From Eledone cirrhosa (Eukaryota): a DNA stretch of 64,000 bases. The notes beneath the pieces are model-generated. The model was not told the DNA's origin. It saw only the letters and a program-made list of their open reading frames with translations, and did not search any database. The stretch lies in contig OZ024742.1 of the NCBI GenBank assembly GCA_964016885.1, forward strand, positions 183,086,001 through 183,150,000, in the 5' to 3' direction. A program made the position numbers and the translations under genes. Below, in pieces: positions 26,571-39,122 of the stretch (position 1 is its first letter; every line of letters begins with the position of its first letter).

Positions 26571-28201
26571 CAAATCATTTCTATAGAAATGGTTTGAAGC
26601 CCTTCAGCTGATGAATTGTGTTATTTCATTTGCAGGCTGGTGTCTAGGGAAGATAATGTTATGGTTGTAAGATTGAATATACGTATGTAAGTGATTCAAT
26701 GTGTTACCGTGATATTGATGAAAAGAGAAAAGAGAACAGAGAAAAATCAGGAGTACATATAGAGTTATTTATTCGTCAAGTTGAGATTGAAACGACGTTC
26801 AAATCTTCGGATGCTTTGTGTCAGCAGAAGAATAATTATAACAAACAGAGCTTGTACAATATGTGATATTTGTTGTGGAGATGTTATAATGTGTTTGTAT
26901 TACAGGATGAATACGTGGAAGGTGTGATGTGACTTTACCAGCCCGTTGTGGACTATGACTTGACTGTGACAACACCGACTACAACGGTGACTGCTACAAG
27001 CGAAGTCTCTGGTCCAGCGTCTGGGAGCCGAGTGAGAACAAAGAACGCAACCGAGTTGTGTTGAGCTCAATACACACTTCAGTTTCGTCATAGCTATTTC
27101 CAGCGATGGCTTCATAGCTATATTGGACTGCTTTTTGTACTGTTATGATAATTTCGCTACATTTCTATCAGCAATCTTTACTACTACTAAACGGTGAATT
27201 AGCTGAGTCAACAGAACGTCGTATAGAATGTTTTGCAGTATTCGTTTCCGTTCAAATCTCACCGAGGTTAACTTCGCATTTCATCCTGTCGAGGTCGATA
27301 AAAATGTATCCGTCCAGGACTGGAGCCGGTTCTTCCTCACTTCCTCTGTCATTCTCTCCTTCTCAGGAAGAAATCAGCTTCGTTCAGACCTGGAGAGGGA
27401 CGGGCTCCGTCAGATTTTAAATGTCCCGAAATATACGATTCCATCAGGAGTTACAGGTCCATTGCTTTAACAAGGAAATTGGTCTTAAAACGCAGTAGTA
27501 GCATTATATAATGTATATATGTCTCTATGTATGGACCTGTAACTCCTGATAGAATCGTTGGGACAGCTGACCTCCTCCGTAAAATTGGATCGATAACATC
27601 ATGTCTGAGGAAGGAGCTCCGCGAGATGGGGTGGCTGTTGCAACATGTGTCGCTGGTCATTTTCCGCGGGATACATACCGTTCTGACCTGGGTGTAGAGT
27701 CTGTCACTCTTTCCTTTTCCCTCTTTCTTTCTTCTATTGTCTAGCAGTCTTTGATCTTCCTCCTCCTTTTCCTCTCATTTATGGCGTTTATAGTCCTTTC
27801 CAATACTGCTATCTTTTTCTCTATATTTATTTATCTAAAAGACCTTCCGTCATAATTTTGAAATAATTAACTTTAAGTTATGTTCTAAATAGCAGCTAAA
27901 TAATGAGAAATTTACTTATATTATTAAAACTCACCAAATTCTGAATTATTTTCAATACGGTTTCAAAATCGTAGGAAATATTTTTCATTGGAAATATTTT
28001 ACCGAAATGTTTAATTATATACGCACGAACAGACGGGCGGTCAAACAAAAGAGAATTGATTTTCAATGCTAATTGTTTTTTACAGTTCTTTATCTCCCCC
28101 CTCCTCACTCTACAAATCTCAAATGTGATCTACAGTAAAGTGCAGCTAACATCTCTAGGACACCACCGGGAGTAGGTACACACACACACACACACACACA
28201 G

Positions 28202-28233
<32 letters not shown>

Positions 28234-28491
28234 ACACACACACACACATCGTAGACTCTAGAATTTGTTATTTGCTTATTATTTTCTGGTATAAAATGAA
28301 TGCAATGAGTAACAGAAATAATTTTAATCTATTGGTTACCCAACGGTACATGTCGACGCAGTTGTATGCCGTGAGACGTAGCCACCATTATTACAATGAA
28401 CTCTTCTGAAGAGGGATGGGCTCCGCCAGGGTTAAACTAATCAAGAAACATCGTATGACATTATAACGACCCGACGAACCCAACAGGAATA

Positions 28492-28536
<45 letters not shown>

Positions 28537-28812
28537 TAAGGAGATTACGCAATAGCGATTGCCTAAATTCAAGGAATGAAACCTTCTCACGTTGTCCCCA
28601 TGTCTAGAAACACCTCTTGAACAACTACAAAGCTCCGGATTGAATAACAACATTCTAATTTTTTAATCAACCCCAACATTTTATTCCGGACATTCGCAGT
28701 TATCTACCTTACACCTTTCGCCCGTGGTTTTGCATCGCTTAGGTGAAATGACCGTTTCTGCGCATGCACATTCATACGGTTGTTCTTCCTGTTCCGTATA
28801 ACCATTACCAGT

Positions 28813-28853
28813 CCGAGCTGAAGATCCGCATAAGGTGAAACAATTGTTCTCGG
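28813..28853 (+). ncRNA. minimal type I hammerhead ribozyme in a PLE pLTR-like fragment (~28680-28956)
   Basis: CCGAG-CTGAAGA-tcc-gcataa-ggt-GAAA-caattg-TT-CTCGG; GAGTGC tail motif at 28913. Confidence 0.85.
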
Positions 28854-29486
28854 TATGGTGAACTAACTGTTGTGTTACTACTACTGCTACTACCAAACTC
28901 GTCCCATGGACTGAGTGCTCTACCACTGCGGATATTACCTTCCAGTGTTCTACCTCTCTCTCTATATATATATATATACTAGACCAGTCGTGGCCCGTTG
29001 AAGTCACTTGTTATAATTTCATTGAACAACACCACTATCTCTCTCTCTCTATCTATCTCTATATATATATCGTTTCTGAATTTGTTTAGCAAGATTCTTT
29101 ATCTGAAAACGTGTGTTGAAACTGATATTGTTATGCTTTGGGAGGGTCATGTTGCCAATAAGAAACACACGCACCAGAAGCTTTCACTCGAATTTATTAT
29201 AAATTAAATTTATAAATTTAAGAATTTATAAATTTCCGGTTGGTTGGTTGGTTCCATAACCGGTCGGTTATTCATACATTGTCAAAGTTCTTTCGTCACA
29301 CATTCTGTGACCTCTTCAGTGACTGGGGATTCTTTTCTTTGTTTTGTGCCTCTTCTTTGTTCTGTCCTACGCCATCTTGTTTTTGTGTGTGTTGTGTGCT
29401 TAGTTTGCGCATGTGTTACATCCGGGTGTCTGTGTGTGTTTATATTTATTTGTTTATTTACATGTTACTGGTTGGTTGTTTGTTCT

Positions 29487-29825
29487 AACTGTAAAACTAG
29501 AAATGTAGTATATAGCATAAGATGTACTGAAGGAGAATGTAAAGATAAGAATATAGTGTACATAGGTGAGACAGCTCGTAGTATAGGAGAACGGTTAAAT
29601 GAACACTGGCGAGAACTTCAAGATAAAAAAGAATCCTCAATACTCCACCAACATGCAAAAATAGAACATAAGGGCAAATTAGAGAACATAGAAATAAAAA
29701 TAGAATCTACACACAGAAAAGACGCAATGTTTAGACAAATCACAGAGGCAATAAAAATAAATGAACTCCAACCAAAATTAAATAGAAAACATGAATGGAA
29801 TAGCAACATCACAACTTACAATTAA
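29487..29825 (+). CDS. GIY-YIG endonuclease domain of a Penelope-like element (5'-truncated, frame uninterrupted)
   Basis: CKTRNVVYSIRC..C..YIGETARSIGERLNEH..LHQHAKIEH..RQITEAIKI..LNRKHEW. Confidence 0.9.
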   Translation, partial: NCKTRNVVYSIRCTEGECKDKNIVYIGETARSIGERLNEHWRELQDKKESSILHQHAKIEHKGKLENIEIKIESTHRKDAMFRQITEAIKINELQPKLNRKHEWNSNITTYN

Positions 29826-30023
29826 GGACAAAATAAAAACACACACACACATAGAACAAACAACCAACCAGTAACATGTAAATAAACAAATAAATAAACA
29901 AATAAAAACACACACAGTCACCCGGATGTAACACATGCGCAAACTAAGCACACGACACACACAAAAACAAGATGGTGTAGGACAGAACAAAGGAGAGGCA
30001 CAAAACAAAGAAAAGAATCCCCA

Positions 30024-30066
30024 GTCACTGAAGAGGTCACAGAATGTGTGACGAAAGAACTTTGAC
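30024..30066 (+). ncRNA. type I hammerhead ribozyme (Naiad pLTR)
   Basis: GTCA-CTGAAGA-g-gtcac..gtgac-GAAA-gaac-TT-TGAC. Confidence 0.8.
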
Positions 30067-30226
30067 AATATATGAACAACCGTCCGGTTATGGAACCAAC
30101 CAACTAACCGGAAATTTATAAATTCTTAAATTTATAAATTTAATTTATAATAAATTCGAGTGAAAGTAACTGGAGTATGTGTTTATTATTGGCAACATGA
30201 CCCTCCCAAACCATAACAATATATAT

Positions 30227-30357
<131 letters not shown>

Positions 30358-30907
30358 TCTCTCTCTTTCAATCTGCTCGCTCACAACCACTATCTTTTTA
30401 TTTATTTATTTATGAAGTACCCGGAAAAACCCCGTGTCTCGGGAACCCGCGTTCTGATTTACGCGAAAATTGGTTTATTCCATTTGTATTCCCATTTCAG
30501 GGACAACTTCCTTTCAAAGTATTTTCCCATGATGCGCCGTTTAGGCTGTATATACGTTCGAAAGTATTTGAAGAAAATGAACCTACTTTCATTAAAAACT
30601 GTTTAATCACAATTGTTTCCGGTATCTTGTAATATGAAATCGTCTATTTGTCGCAAATGATCAATTTGTTTTCATTTATGAACGGACTTCAAGCAAATTC
30701 AAATACAAGGTTCCGTCGTCAGAGTGGAATAAACTTATTTCAATTTATAATTTATAGTCACATAAAACATTAACTCATATCAAGCAATAAATTTGAGCAA
30801 CTGCTTCGTTCCGTGACTGGGATTTACAACCTATAGGTCAGTCTCTACTTTCCTTTGTATATAGTGTATTTTGTATATGGTGTATTTTGTATATAGTGTA
30901 TTTTGTA

Positions 30908-31169
30908 TATAGTGTATTTTGCAATACACTCTATGCTTAATTAAAAGCATTTCGAAGACTTTACGCTATTGTTTTATAGTGACAGTCTCACTTACTTTAA
31001 ATTTTCAGCATGTTTGCTGAAAATTTAAAATAAGTGAGACTGTCACTCTCTCTAAAACAATAGCGTAAGGTCTTCGAAATGCTTTTAATTAAGCATACAG
31101 TATATTGCAAAATACACTATATATACATTCATATATATATTGCTATTTCAGAGCACCAATTCTAATTTT

Positions 31170-31172
<3 letters not shown>
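30908..31172 (+). mobile_element. hairpin element with the 3' half of a hammerhead
   Basis: ~105 bp arms centred near 31013; GAAA-tgctt..aagca-TA at 31076-31097; overlaps a 16-bp tandem repeat at 30858-30921. Confidence 0.7.
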
Positions 31173-31244
<72 letters not shown>

Positions 31245-31331
31245 CTTCTCACTCCTCGATTTCACAGCGGAAATAATTGACTTTTGAAGGAGAGGGGGAA
31301 TTTAATATTTTCTTCCATAGCACATCATCAT

Positions 31332-31367
<36 letters not shown>

Positions 31368-32066
31368 CAGTAGCAGTAGTAGTAGTAGTAGTTTCGTGAA
31401 GAAAAAATGTCTTTTTCTGTGGTGAAGAGCGGAAATCTACTTCACAGCAAAGATTGGATGAAATTACAAGAGATAGAATTATTACTACTCAATTATCAGC
31501 AATTTGTGGTCATCCTCACCAGTAGTTTATTATTATTATTACTTCTTTTTTAATGGTGGCAGACTTGTTAGAGTGTCACACAAATGCTTCGCGGTATTTG
31601 TTTCGGCTCTTTACTTTTAGGATTCCAATCCCGCTGAGGTCAACTTTGCTTTTTATTCTTCTGCATTCGATAAAATAAAGTACCAGTATTGCACTGGTAC
31701 TCCCCACCAAAAATGTGTTGGCCTTGTGCCTCAATCAGAAACCATTCGATTGGCAATATCGGTAGAGGGTCGGACGCCATGCTTTGCAGCATGATCTGAA
31801 TTCAAATTCCGCCGTGGTTAACTTTGCTTTTCATCCTTACGGGGTCGATCACATAAAGTACCAGTAATACACTGGGATAATTGCTGGCCTTGTGAAGACA
31901 ATTATTATTATTATTGTTTATATATGTTTCTATGTCTTTTTTTTTCTTTTCTTTTATAAATAATAAAAATCTTTACACGCACAAAACCCACATCGTACTG
32001 TCCTGTACCATCCTGTGCCGTCTGTAATGTTTTTCTTGATGTCAGCCCTTGTGGCCCATAAAGAAA

Positions 32067-32106
<40 letters not shown>

Positions 32107-35100
32107 GAGCTGTGAGTTAGCATAGACGTTTGAGCGTCGGACAAATGCTGGCTTTGTGTCAAAATCAGAACGCGTTGTTAATATCATCACCATTGTTATT
32201 ACCACTGGTAATGATGTCATCATCATCATCATTTTTATTATCACTAGTGTTGATATCACCATCATCATCATGCTCCTATTTCAATGGTTTGTGAAGATGT
32301 TCTATCCATGTCTAACCCTAGAATTAACTTCCATCAGTTAACAGTGATTCCGTTTTTATCAGAGCTTCACTCAATGATTCGTTTTTAAATATTATTGAAG
32401 AAAAGTAAGAAACATTATAGAGAAAAAAGAAAGAAAGATGATAAAGAAAAAAGAAAGAAAATAGAAAAAAGGAAGAGAGATAGACAGAAAGAAGAATGAA
32501 AAGAAAAAGAAAGAAAGGAAGGTAAAGAAAAGACACTTTAGGCAAACCTAAGATTTCCGCCTGTCAGTTGGAGACACTTGTTCTAATTCTAAGAATGAAA
32601 GCTTAGAGATGGAGGTACAGATATATAGAGGGAGAGAAAGATTGTGGGATAGAGGGATAGAAAGATTGTGGGAGAGAGAGGGGCAGAGAGAGACTGAGAT
32701 AGAGAGAGACTATGATAGAGAGATAGATAGATAGAGAGAGAGATAGAATCTGTGATTGAGAGAGAGGCAGAGGATGAGTGATAGAGAAGCAGAGAACGAC
32801 AGTGATCGAGAGAGAAAGACAGAGAGAAATAATAATAAAGAGAGAAAGGCAGAGAGAGATGGTGATAGAGAGAGAAGGGTGGGGAGAGATAGTGATAAAG
32901 AGAGAAAGACAGAGAAAAACAGTGATAGATAGAGACAGAGAAAGACAGTGATAGAGAGAGGCAAGGGTTGATAGCGAAATAGAGATAGGGATAAAGTGAG
33001 AGAGATGGAACGAGGTAGAGATGAGGATAGAGTGAGAGAGATAAAGAGAGATAGGAGCAGAGAGAGATAGAGAGAGGTGGGACAGCGGTAGTAGAGAAAT
33101 AGGGGTGGAGAGAGAAAGGAGTAAAGAGAGGAGGTAGAGAGAGAGAAATTGAAGCAGAATGAGCTAAAGAAAGGGAGTTGCAGTTGTGGATCAATGCAGC
33201 TGCCATGGAGTTCTATAATGGAATGAGAGAACTATCTTAACCTGGAAGGATAGCTAATCTTTCGAAGTTATGTCACTCAAAGTTACTTCTTGCACGATTG
33301 CAACCACAAGTCATGCGTTATTCAAAATACTATGTCTGGTGGATGTAGCATGACGAATTAGTTAAGAAAATCACTTCACAATCATGAAGTCGCGAGTTCG
33401 ATGCTCTTGCGTGGAATATAGGACATGTGTCATTTACTAAAGCAGAGTTGAGCCGAGCATTATAGGTAAAATTGGGTAGACGAAAACTGATTGGAAGCCC
33501 ATTGGATGGACTGTGCATGCAATTCAAAGAGCCAGCCTTGCCATACACTCTATCGCACTGATTCTCCACGTATCTATGAAATGCTCAGCGACTTGTACGT
33601 TAATTGAACGAGTAAGCCGTTCCGTTGATCAAACAACTGCATCACTCATAGTCGAAAGCGATGGAAGCCTATTTACCTGTCTTTTAATCATACAAACCAA
33701 ATTATTTCTTCTAACATAAGAGCACTAAATTGACTTAAGTGTATACCTTAAAGTGAATTACATAATATAATTGCAATAAAACAACGAAACCAATAATTGT
33801 CTTTGTCTTAGAAATAATTTAATTATTCTTAACCCTCTAGTTGTCATATTTCTAATGAAAGACACTGCCAATGATTTTCAAATAATTTTGAAAATAATCG
33901 AAACTGAGGGTATTTAATAGTATATATTTCCCATTATTAAGCTGGTGTTTGAAACATAAAAGCTCTTTCTTTTCTTTTTTTTTAGATAAATATAATATCG
34001 TGAAGACGCGTGGTTTAGTGGTTATAGAATTGGATTTACAATGGTGAGGTTTCGGGTTCGATTCCCGGACCGGTTGATGCGTTATATCCTTGAGAAAGAC
34101 ACTTTATTTCATATTTTATTCTGCCAGTAGTTGTGACCGGTAGATAGTATCAACGATGGAAAGACCAATGGAAACATTGCTTCCTTGGCCCGATTTGACA
34201 AATTCCACACCACTGGGTAAGCGAATGAAGTCAGGAATCTAGTCAGTCGTTTGAAAAAAAAGATAGCTATAAGCATTGTATCGTAGAACCAAGAATGGTC
34301 TCAGACAGTTTGTTAGCCAAAGAGTTAATGATTCATTGCTGTGTCGGATTTTTTCTTTTCTATGTTTTAATGCATTAGTCATGGGAGATAGAGGACTGCC
34401 CGTGACTTATTTTAGAACACCTGGTGCTGATAGAAAGAAAGGAAGAAATTATACTCTGACAGGAAACTTGACCCGAATGCTTTTAAACACCCATGATCAA
34501 GTCTAATAGCCAGAACAGAAACAGTCAGTCCGATGGGCTTCCACACAAATTCCGTCCGCAAAACTCCAATTACAAAGCTTTGGTCGACCCGAGGCCATGG
34601 TAGGAAGTATATACCGATCGTGTTAACGATGGCAATCAACTTGAAACTCTGCAGATTTAACCACTTCTTAACCGCAATGCCAAGCCTGCCCTTTAAAATA
34701 TGCTAAAGTTCAATTGAGATGTTATTGTATAAGAAATATAAGAATAGAACTGCAACGTTATTAATGTTACTTCTGGAAATAAATCATAATCATGTGATCT
34801 GTTTGTCAGTTAACTTGCTACCTTATCTACTGAGTTCATAGTTTGGCACGAGGCTACGTGAAGGCATGTAACTTAGGGGTTAGAGAGTTCGGTTCACGAT
34901 CGTAAGGCCCTGAGTTCGATCCAAAGCGGTGCGTTGTGTCCTTGTCTATTCAGCTGGAAAAATTAATTGCAATGGCCAGCCTTGTCACCCACTGTGTCAC
35001 GTTGAATTTTCCTGTTAAGGTTAATCGTGTCTATGAAATGTTCAGCCACTTGCACGTTTATTTCACATGCAGGCTTTCTCGTTGATCAAACAACTGAAAT

Positions 35101-37583
35101 ACTCCTTGTTGGAATTGGCGTAAAGCCAACAAAAAGATTATACATATACAGAAAAGGATTGAGATTTTATTAAGTTCATGCCTTTCTGGCTGTATTAGGT
35201 GTGTACGTTAAGTGAATTACTCATCTAATAGTTTACGGTCTTCCTCTGCAGACTGCATGAGTGAAATCAGCTATAGGAAAGTCATCCATGATAGCATATT
35301 GCTTATTAAGTGTTGTGTTTACTTATTAACTTTAAGAAATTGCAAAGGTTAAAACTTTTGATTACTAATTAAGCAGAGTACCAAGTCGACTAAATACATC
35401 ACAGAACTGTTCAATTTAATAACTGACACAAGCCTCCAGTTGTGGTTAGGTACCTTGGTACAAGAGTACCTTTTTATGCTGAAATTAACTGACATCCAAT
35501 GAGGACAAATTTTGAAGGAAAAAATGTTGGTGATAAGAAGAGCATCCAGTCGTAAAAGACGCTTCATTTAAGTTAAAGACTTCCTTGTGTCGATACTGCG
35601 ATAAAATACACTGTTGAATGTAGGAAAGTGTATAAACGAGATGCAATCTCTCGGCTTATCTGAGAGGCCAGTAATACCGATTAAGTACAGACTTTACTGG
35701 TGACATCGCGTCCAGACATTGCTAACAGGAAAAAACTAGCATTCAACTTAGTGGCTAGAGAGCTAGATTCGCAATCGTGAGGTTGCGAATTCGATTCCCG
35801 GACCGGGCGATGTGATATGTCCTTGAGCAAAATACTATTTTACGTTGCTCTTTCTGCCAGGAGTTACGACCGGTAGATAGAACCAGCAATGAAAAACCAA
35901 TGAAAACGTTGTTTCCTTCGTCCGATTTGATGAGTTCCATCCCACTCGGTAAGCAATTGAGGTTTTGGATCTTGTCGATAGTTGAAAAGAAAAAAAAATC
36001 ATGACAATGGTGATTGTCTCGCTAAACATCAGATATTTTACGAAATATAAAATTGAAAAATATAACTAGTTTTTAACGAGTCATAATTATTTGAAAATAT
36101 AAGCATTAAATTATATTAAATCTGCAAAAATATACTCCAATATTAAGGTTTTCCTTCGAATGTTGTGCTTCGTTCAGAAGACCGCAAGTTTTCCTCGCCG
36201 ACTGTGGCTCACTGGTTCATCAGTTAAGTGTTCTACTTTCAAACAGGCCTAGTATGAAGAGTATCCTATGGTGTATTACACAATATATATATATATATAT
36301 ATATAGTTGGTTTTATCATCAATTCACTCTATACTATCGATTACAATCGATAATAACTAGTGTTGTGAGCAATATCTCTGTATTTTATGAGTATGGAGGT
36401 AAACGAGAATTACTGAATCAATAAAAACGAAAACAAACTCGAACAAGCAGCTCATGGGATAGATCTAAGTCCATTTCAATAATTGCTCTATTGAAAGCTG
36501 AATGCTTTTATATGTCCTTCATACATAATTATGACACACATACCCACAAACGCATACATATACACACACACAAACAAATATACACACATGTATATATATG
36601 AGAAAGAGAGAGAGAGAGAGCTGCTTTCTTTACAAAACTTTATCTATCTAGCATACACTGCGGGTATTGAAAATGAGGTTGAATGAGTTTTGAATTAAAT
36701 CACCATCTTTCCTCTAGAGTCTTAACATAAACAGTTAAAACGTATCGTGCTTCTAGTATAAGTAAACTAACAATATATTTCATCAGAAATAAAACTATAT
36801 AATATAAACTATATACCTACTTCAGGTATAATACAATTAACCGATGAAGATAATATATTGTAAATGAATTATAACATTAAAGTGGAGTCAGTGCCAAGGT
36901 ATCTAAGACCTTAGGCTAGCCCTTCACTGTGTGCCCCTTATCCCAGTTATGCGCCCCGTTCTGCCAAATAAAACAACTTAAACTTACAGATGAGCGAACT
37001 GACGAAACAGTTATTTATATTTCTTGCTCTGATCGCATTAAGCAAATTACTTATCCTGCATTTTCTACTACATATTCCACAATCAGCCGTGCCAAATTAG
37101 GTTACAAATCACATACGATTCTCTCCACCTCTTTCACTATTTCCACAACGTTGCTTGGGTGGTTAAATCGGTTAATGATTTTTGTTACTGATCATAAGAA
37201 ATTATATATTTAAGTTAACTATACAAATTTGAATAAAACTGTGGCCCTTTACGATTCTGTAATGTACCTCACTGAGGTCTGCGCTCTAGGCGGCTACCTA
37301 GTTGACCTTAATGGCAGTGTCGGAACTTGCATCCCTGTACAGTATTATAATCACGAAATATACGATATATGATAATAGGAGAGAATAGATAGCGCTCAAA
37401 TGGATAGATATGAAACTGATTCTTAAGAGGGTATAAGTACAGGGCTGGTACTTTTTCTATCAACCACGAACGATTAAAAAGCTAAGTTGACTTCGGCGCT
37501 ATTTGAAGTCCGAGAGCAGAGAACCTCAAAGTATTCTATCCGACATTTTAACGACTCTGCCAATTTTCCGCCTTATATAAATG

Positions 37584-37685
37584 ACTAGACCACCCGTGAC
37601 CCGTTCGGTCACGTTCACTTCAAAATAATTTTTAAATAATTAAAATATACACAGACAAGTATATAATGTGAAATGAAACTGGAAG

Positions 37686-37741
<56 letters not shown>

Positions 37742-37863
37742 GTGTGTGTGTGTATATATATAAATGTGTGTGTATGTGTGTGTATATATATATATGTATA
37801 TGTGTGTGTATGTGGGTGTCTGTGATCTAAATACACTGGTCATAGACACACACACACACATAT

Positions 37864-37939
<76 letters not shown>

Positions 37940-38056
37940 TCACATATATATATATATAACCAAACAACACCACCAGCTCTCCCTCTCTCTTCCATTCTCC
38001 TTCCCTGGCTCCTCTCCCTCTCTCTATGTCTCTCTTTCAATCTACTCTCTCACTCA

Positions 38057-38098
<42 letters not shown>

Positions 38099-38286
38099 AT
38101 GAAGATACCCGGAAAAAACTCATATCTCGGGAAGCCGCGCTCCGATTTACGCGGAACTTGTTTTATTCCATTTGTATTCACATTTCAGGGTCATCTTCCT
38201 TTCAAAGTATTTTCCCATTATGCGCTCTTTTGGCTGTATTACATTACAGACAAGCAGGCAATCACAACTTTTAGTAATATATAGAT
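37584..38286 (-). mobile_element. non-autonomous Helitron
   Basis: Minus strand TCTATATATTACTAAAAG start; 3' hairpin cgtgacc-gaacg-ggtcacg followed by ggtggtCTAG. Confidence 0.65.
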
Positions 38287-39122
38287 AGATAGTAACATCA
38301 AATAACATATATAAATGAAAGGCAATGGAAGAGATAAATTGACAGAGGTACTCACTTCTCTGGCGGTACTACCAGAAATTCTAAAATAAAAGAATTAATA
38401 ATAATTTCTAATTTAGACACAACTTCATTTATTTGTGGGGAGGGGAAAGTCGATCAAATCGACACTAATACTTTACTGGGGCTTTATTTTATCGATGCCA
38501 GGATGATGAAATGCAAGTTGATGGCAGGATTTTAAATCAGATTGTTAAGGGCCGTAATTAAATGCTGCAAAAGCATTTTACCTGACGCTCTACCGATTCT
38601 GGCAACCCGCCGCTCTGATAATAATGGTTTCAAGGCCAACAATTTTAGGGGAGGGAAAAGTAGATTATATCGACCCAAGTGCGGTATTGGTACTTTATTA
38701 TATTGACCCCGTCAAGATGAAACGCAAAGTTAATCTCGGTGGGATTTGAACGCAGAACGTAAAGGAACATGACTATGCTTCAAAGCATCGTGTCCGGCGC
38801 TCTACCGATACTGCCAATCCACCGCCTTAATAATAATAATAATAATGATTTCATTTATTGGCCACAAGGGCCGACATATAGGGGACAATACAAAAGACTG
38901 GGACAGTGGGGTTTTACAGAAAAATCGAGTAAACAATATGAATAACAATAACAAAGTAACAATAACAAAGTAACAATATAGTAACAAGAAAATTACAAGA
39001 AAAATTCCCCAATAGGGGGGATGACCACCTAGGGTTCGCTCAGGTACCCCACCAATCCTGAACGACCCGACGCTTCGAGAGCACCCTGGAAGGGCACCCC
39101 TCTCCTCCTCAAATTTACCTAC

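Larger units (their letters stand above)
29126..30222 (+). mobile_element. 5'-truncated Naiad-like Penelope element flanked by ~360 bp inverted pLTRs
   Basis: Arms 29126-29487 and 29852-30222 enclose the endonuclease frame; hammerheads at 30024-30066 (+) and 29281-29323 (-). Confidence 0.92.

Noticed and set aside
26882-27161. Exon-like or solo-LTR-like segment (acceptor-like TTACAG, Thr-rich frame, TG..CA)
   Set aside because: In-frame stop, no recognisable domain, no TSD
28400-28490. CTGAAGA..GAAAC motif
   Set aside because: Stems I and II do not pair convincingly
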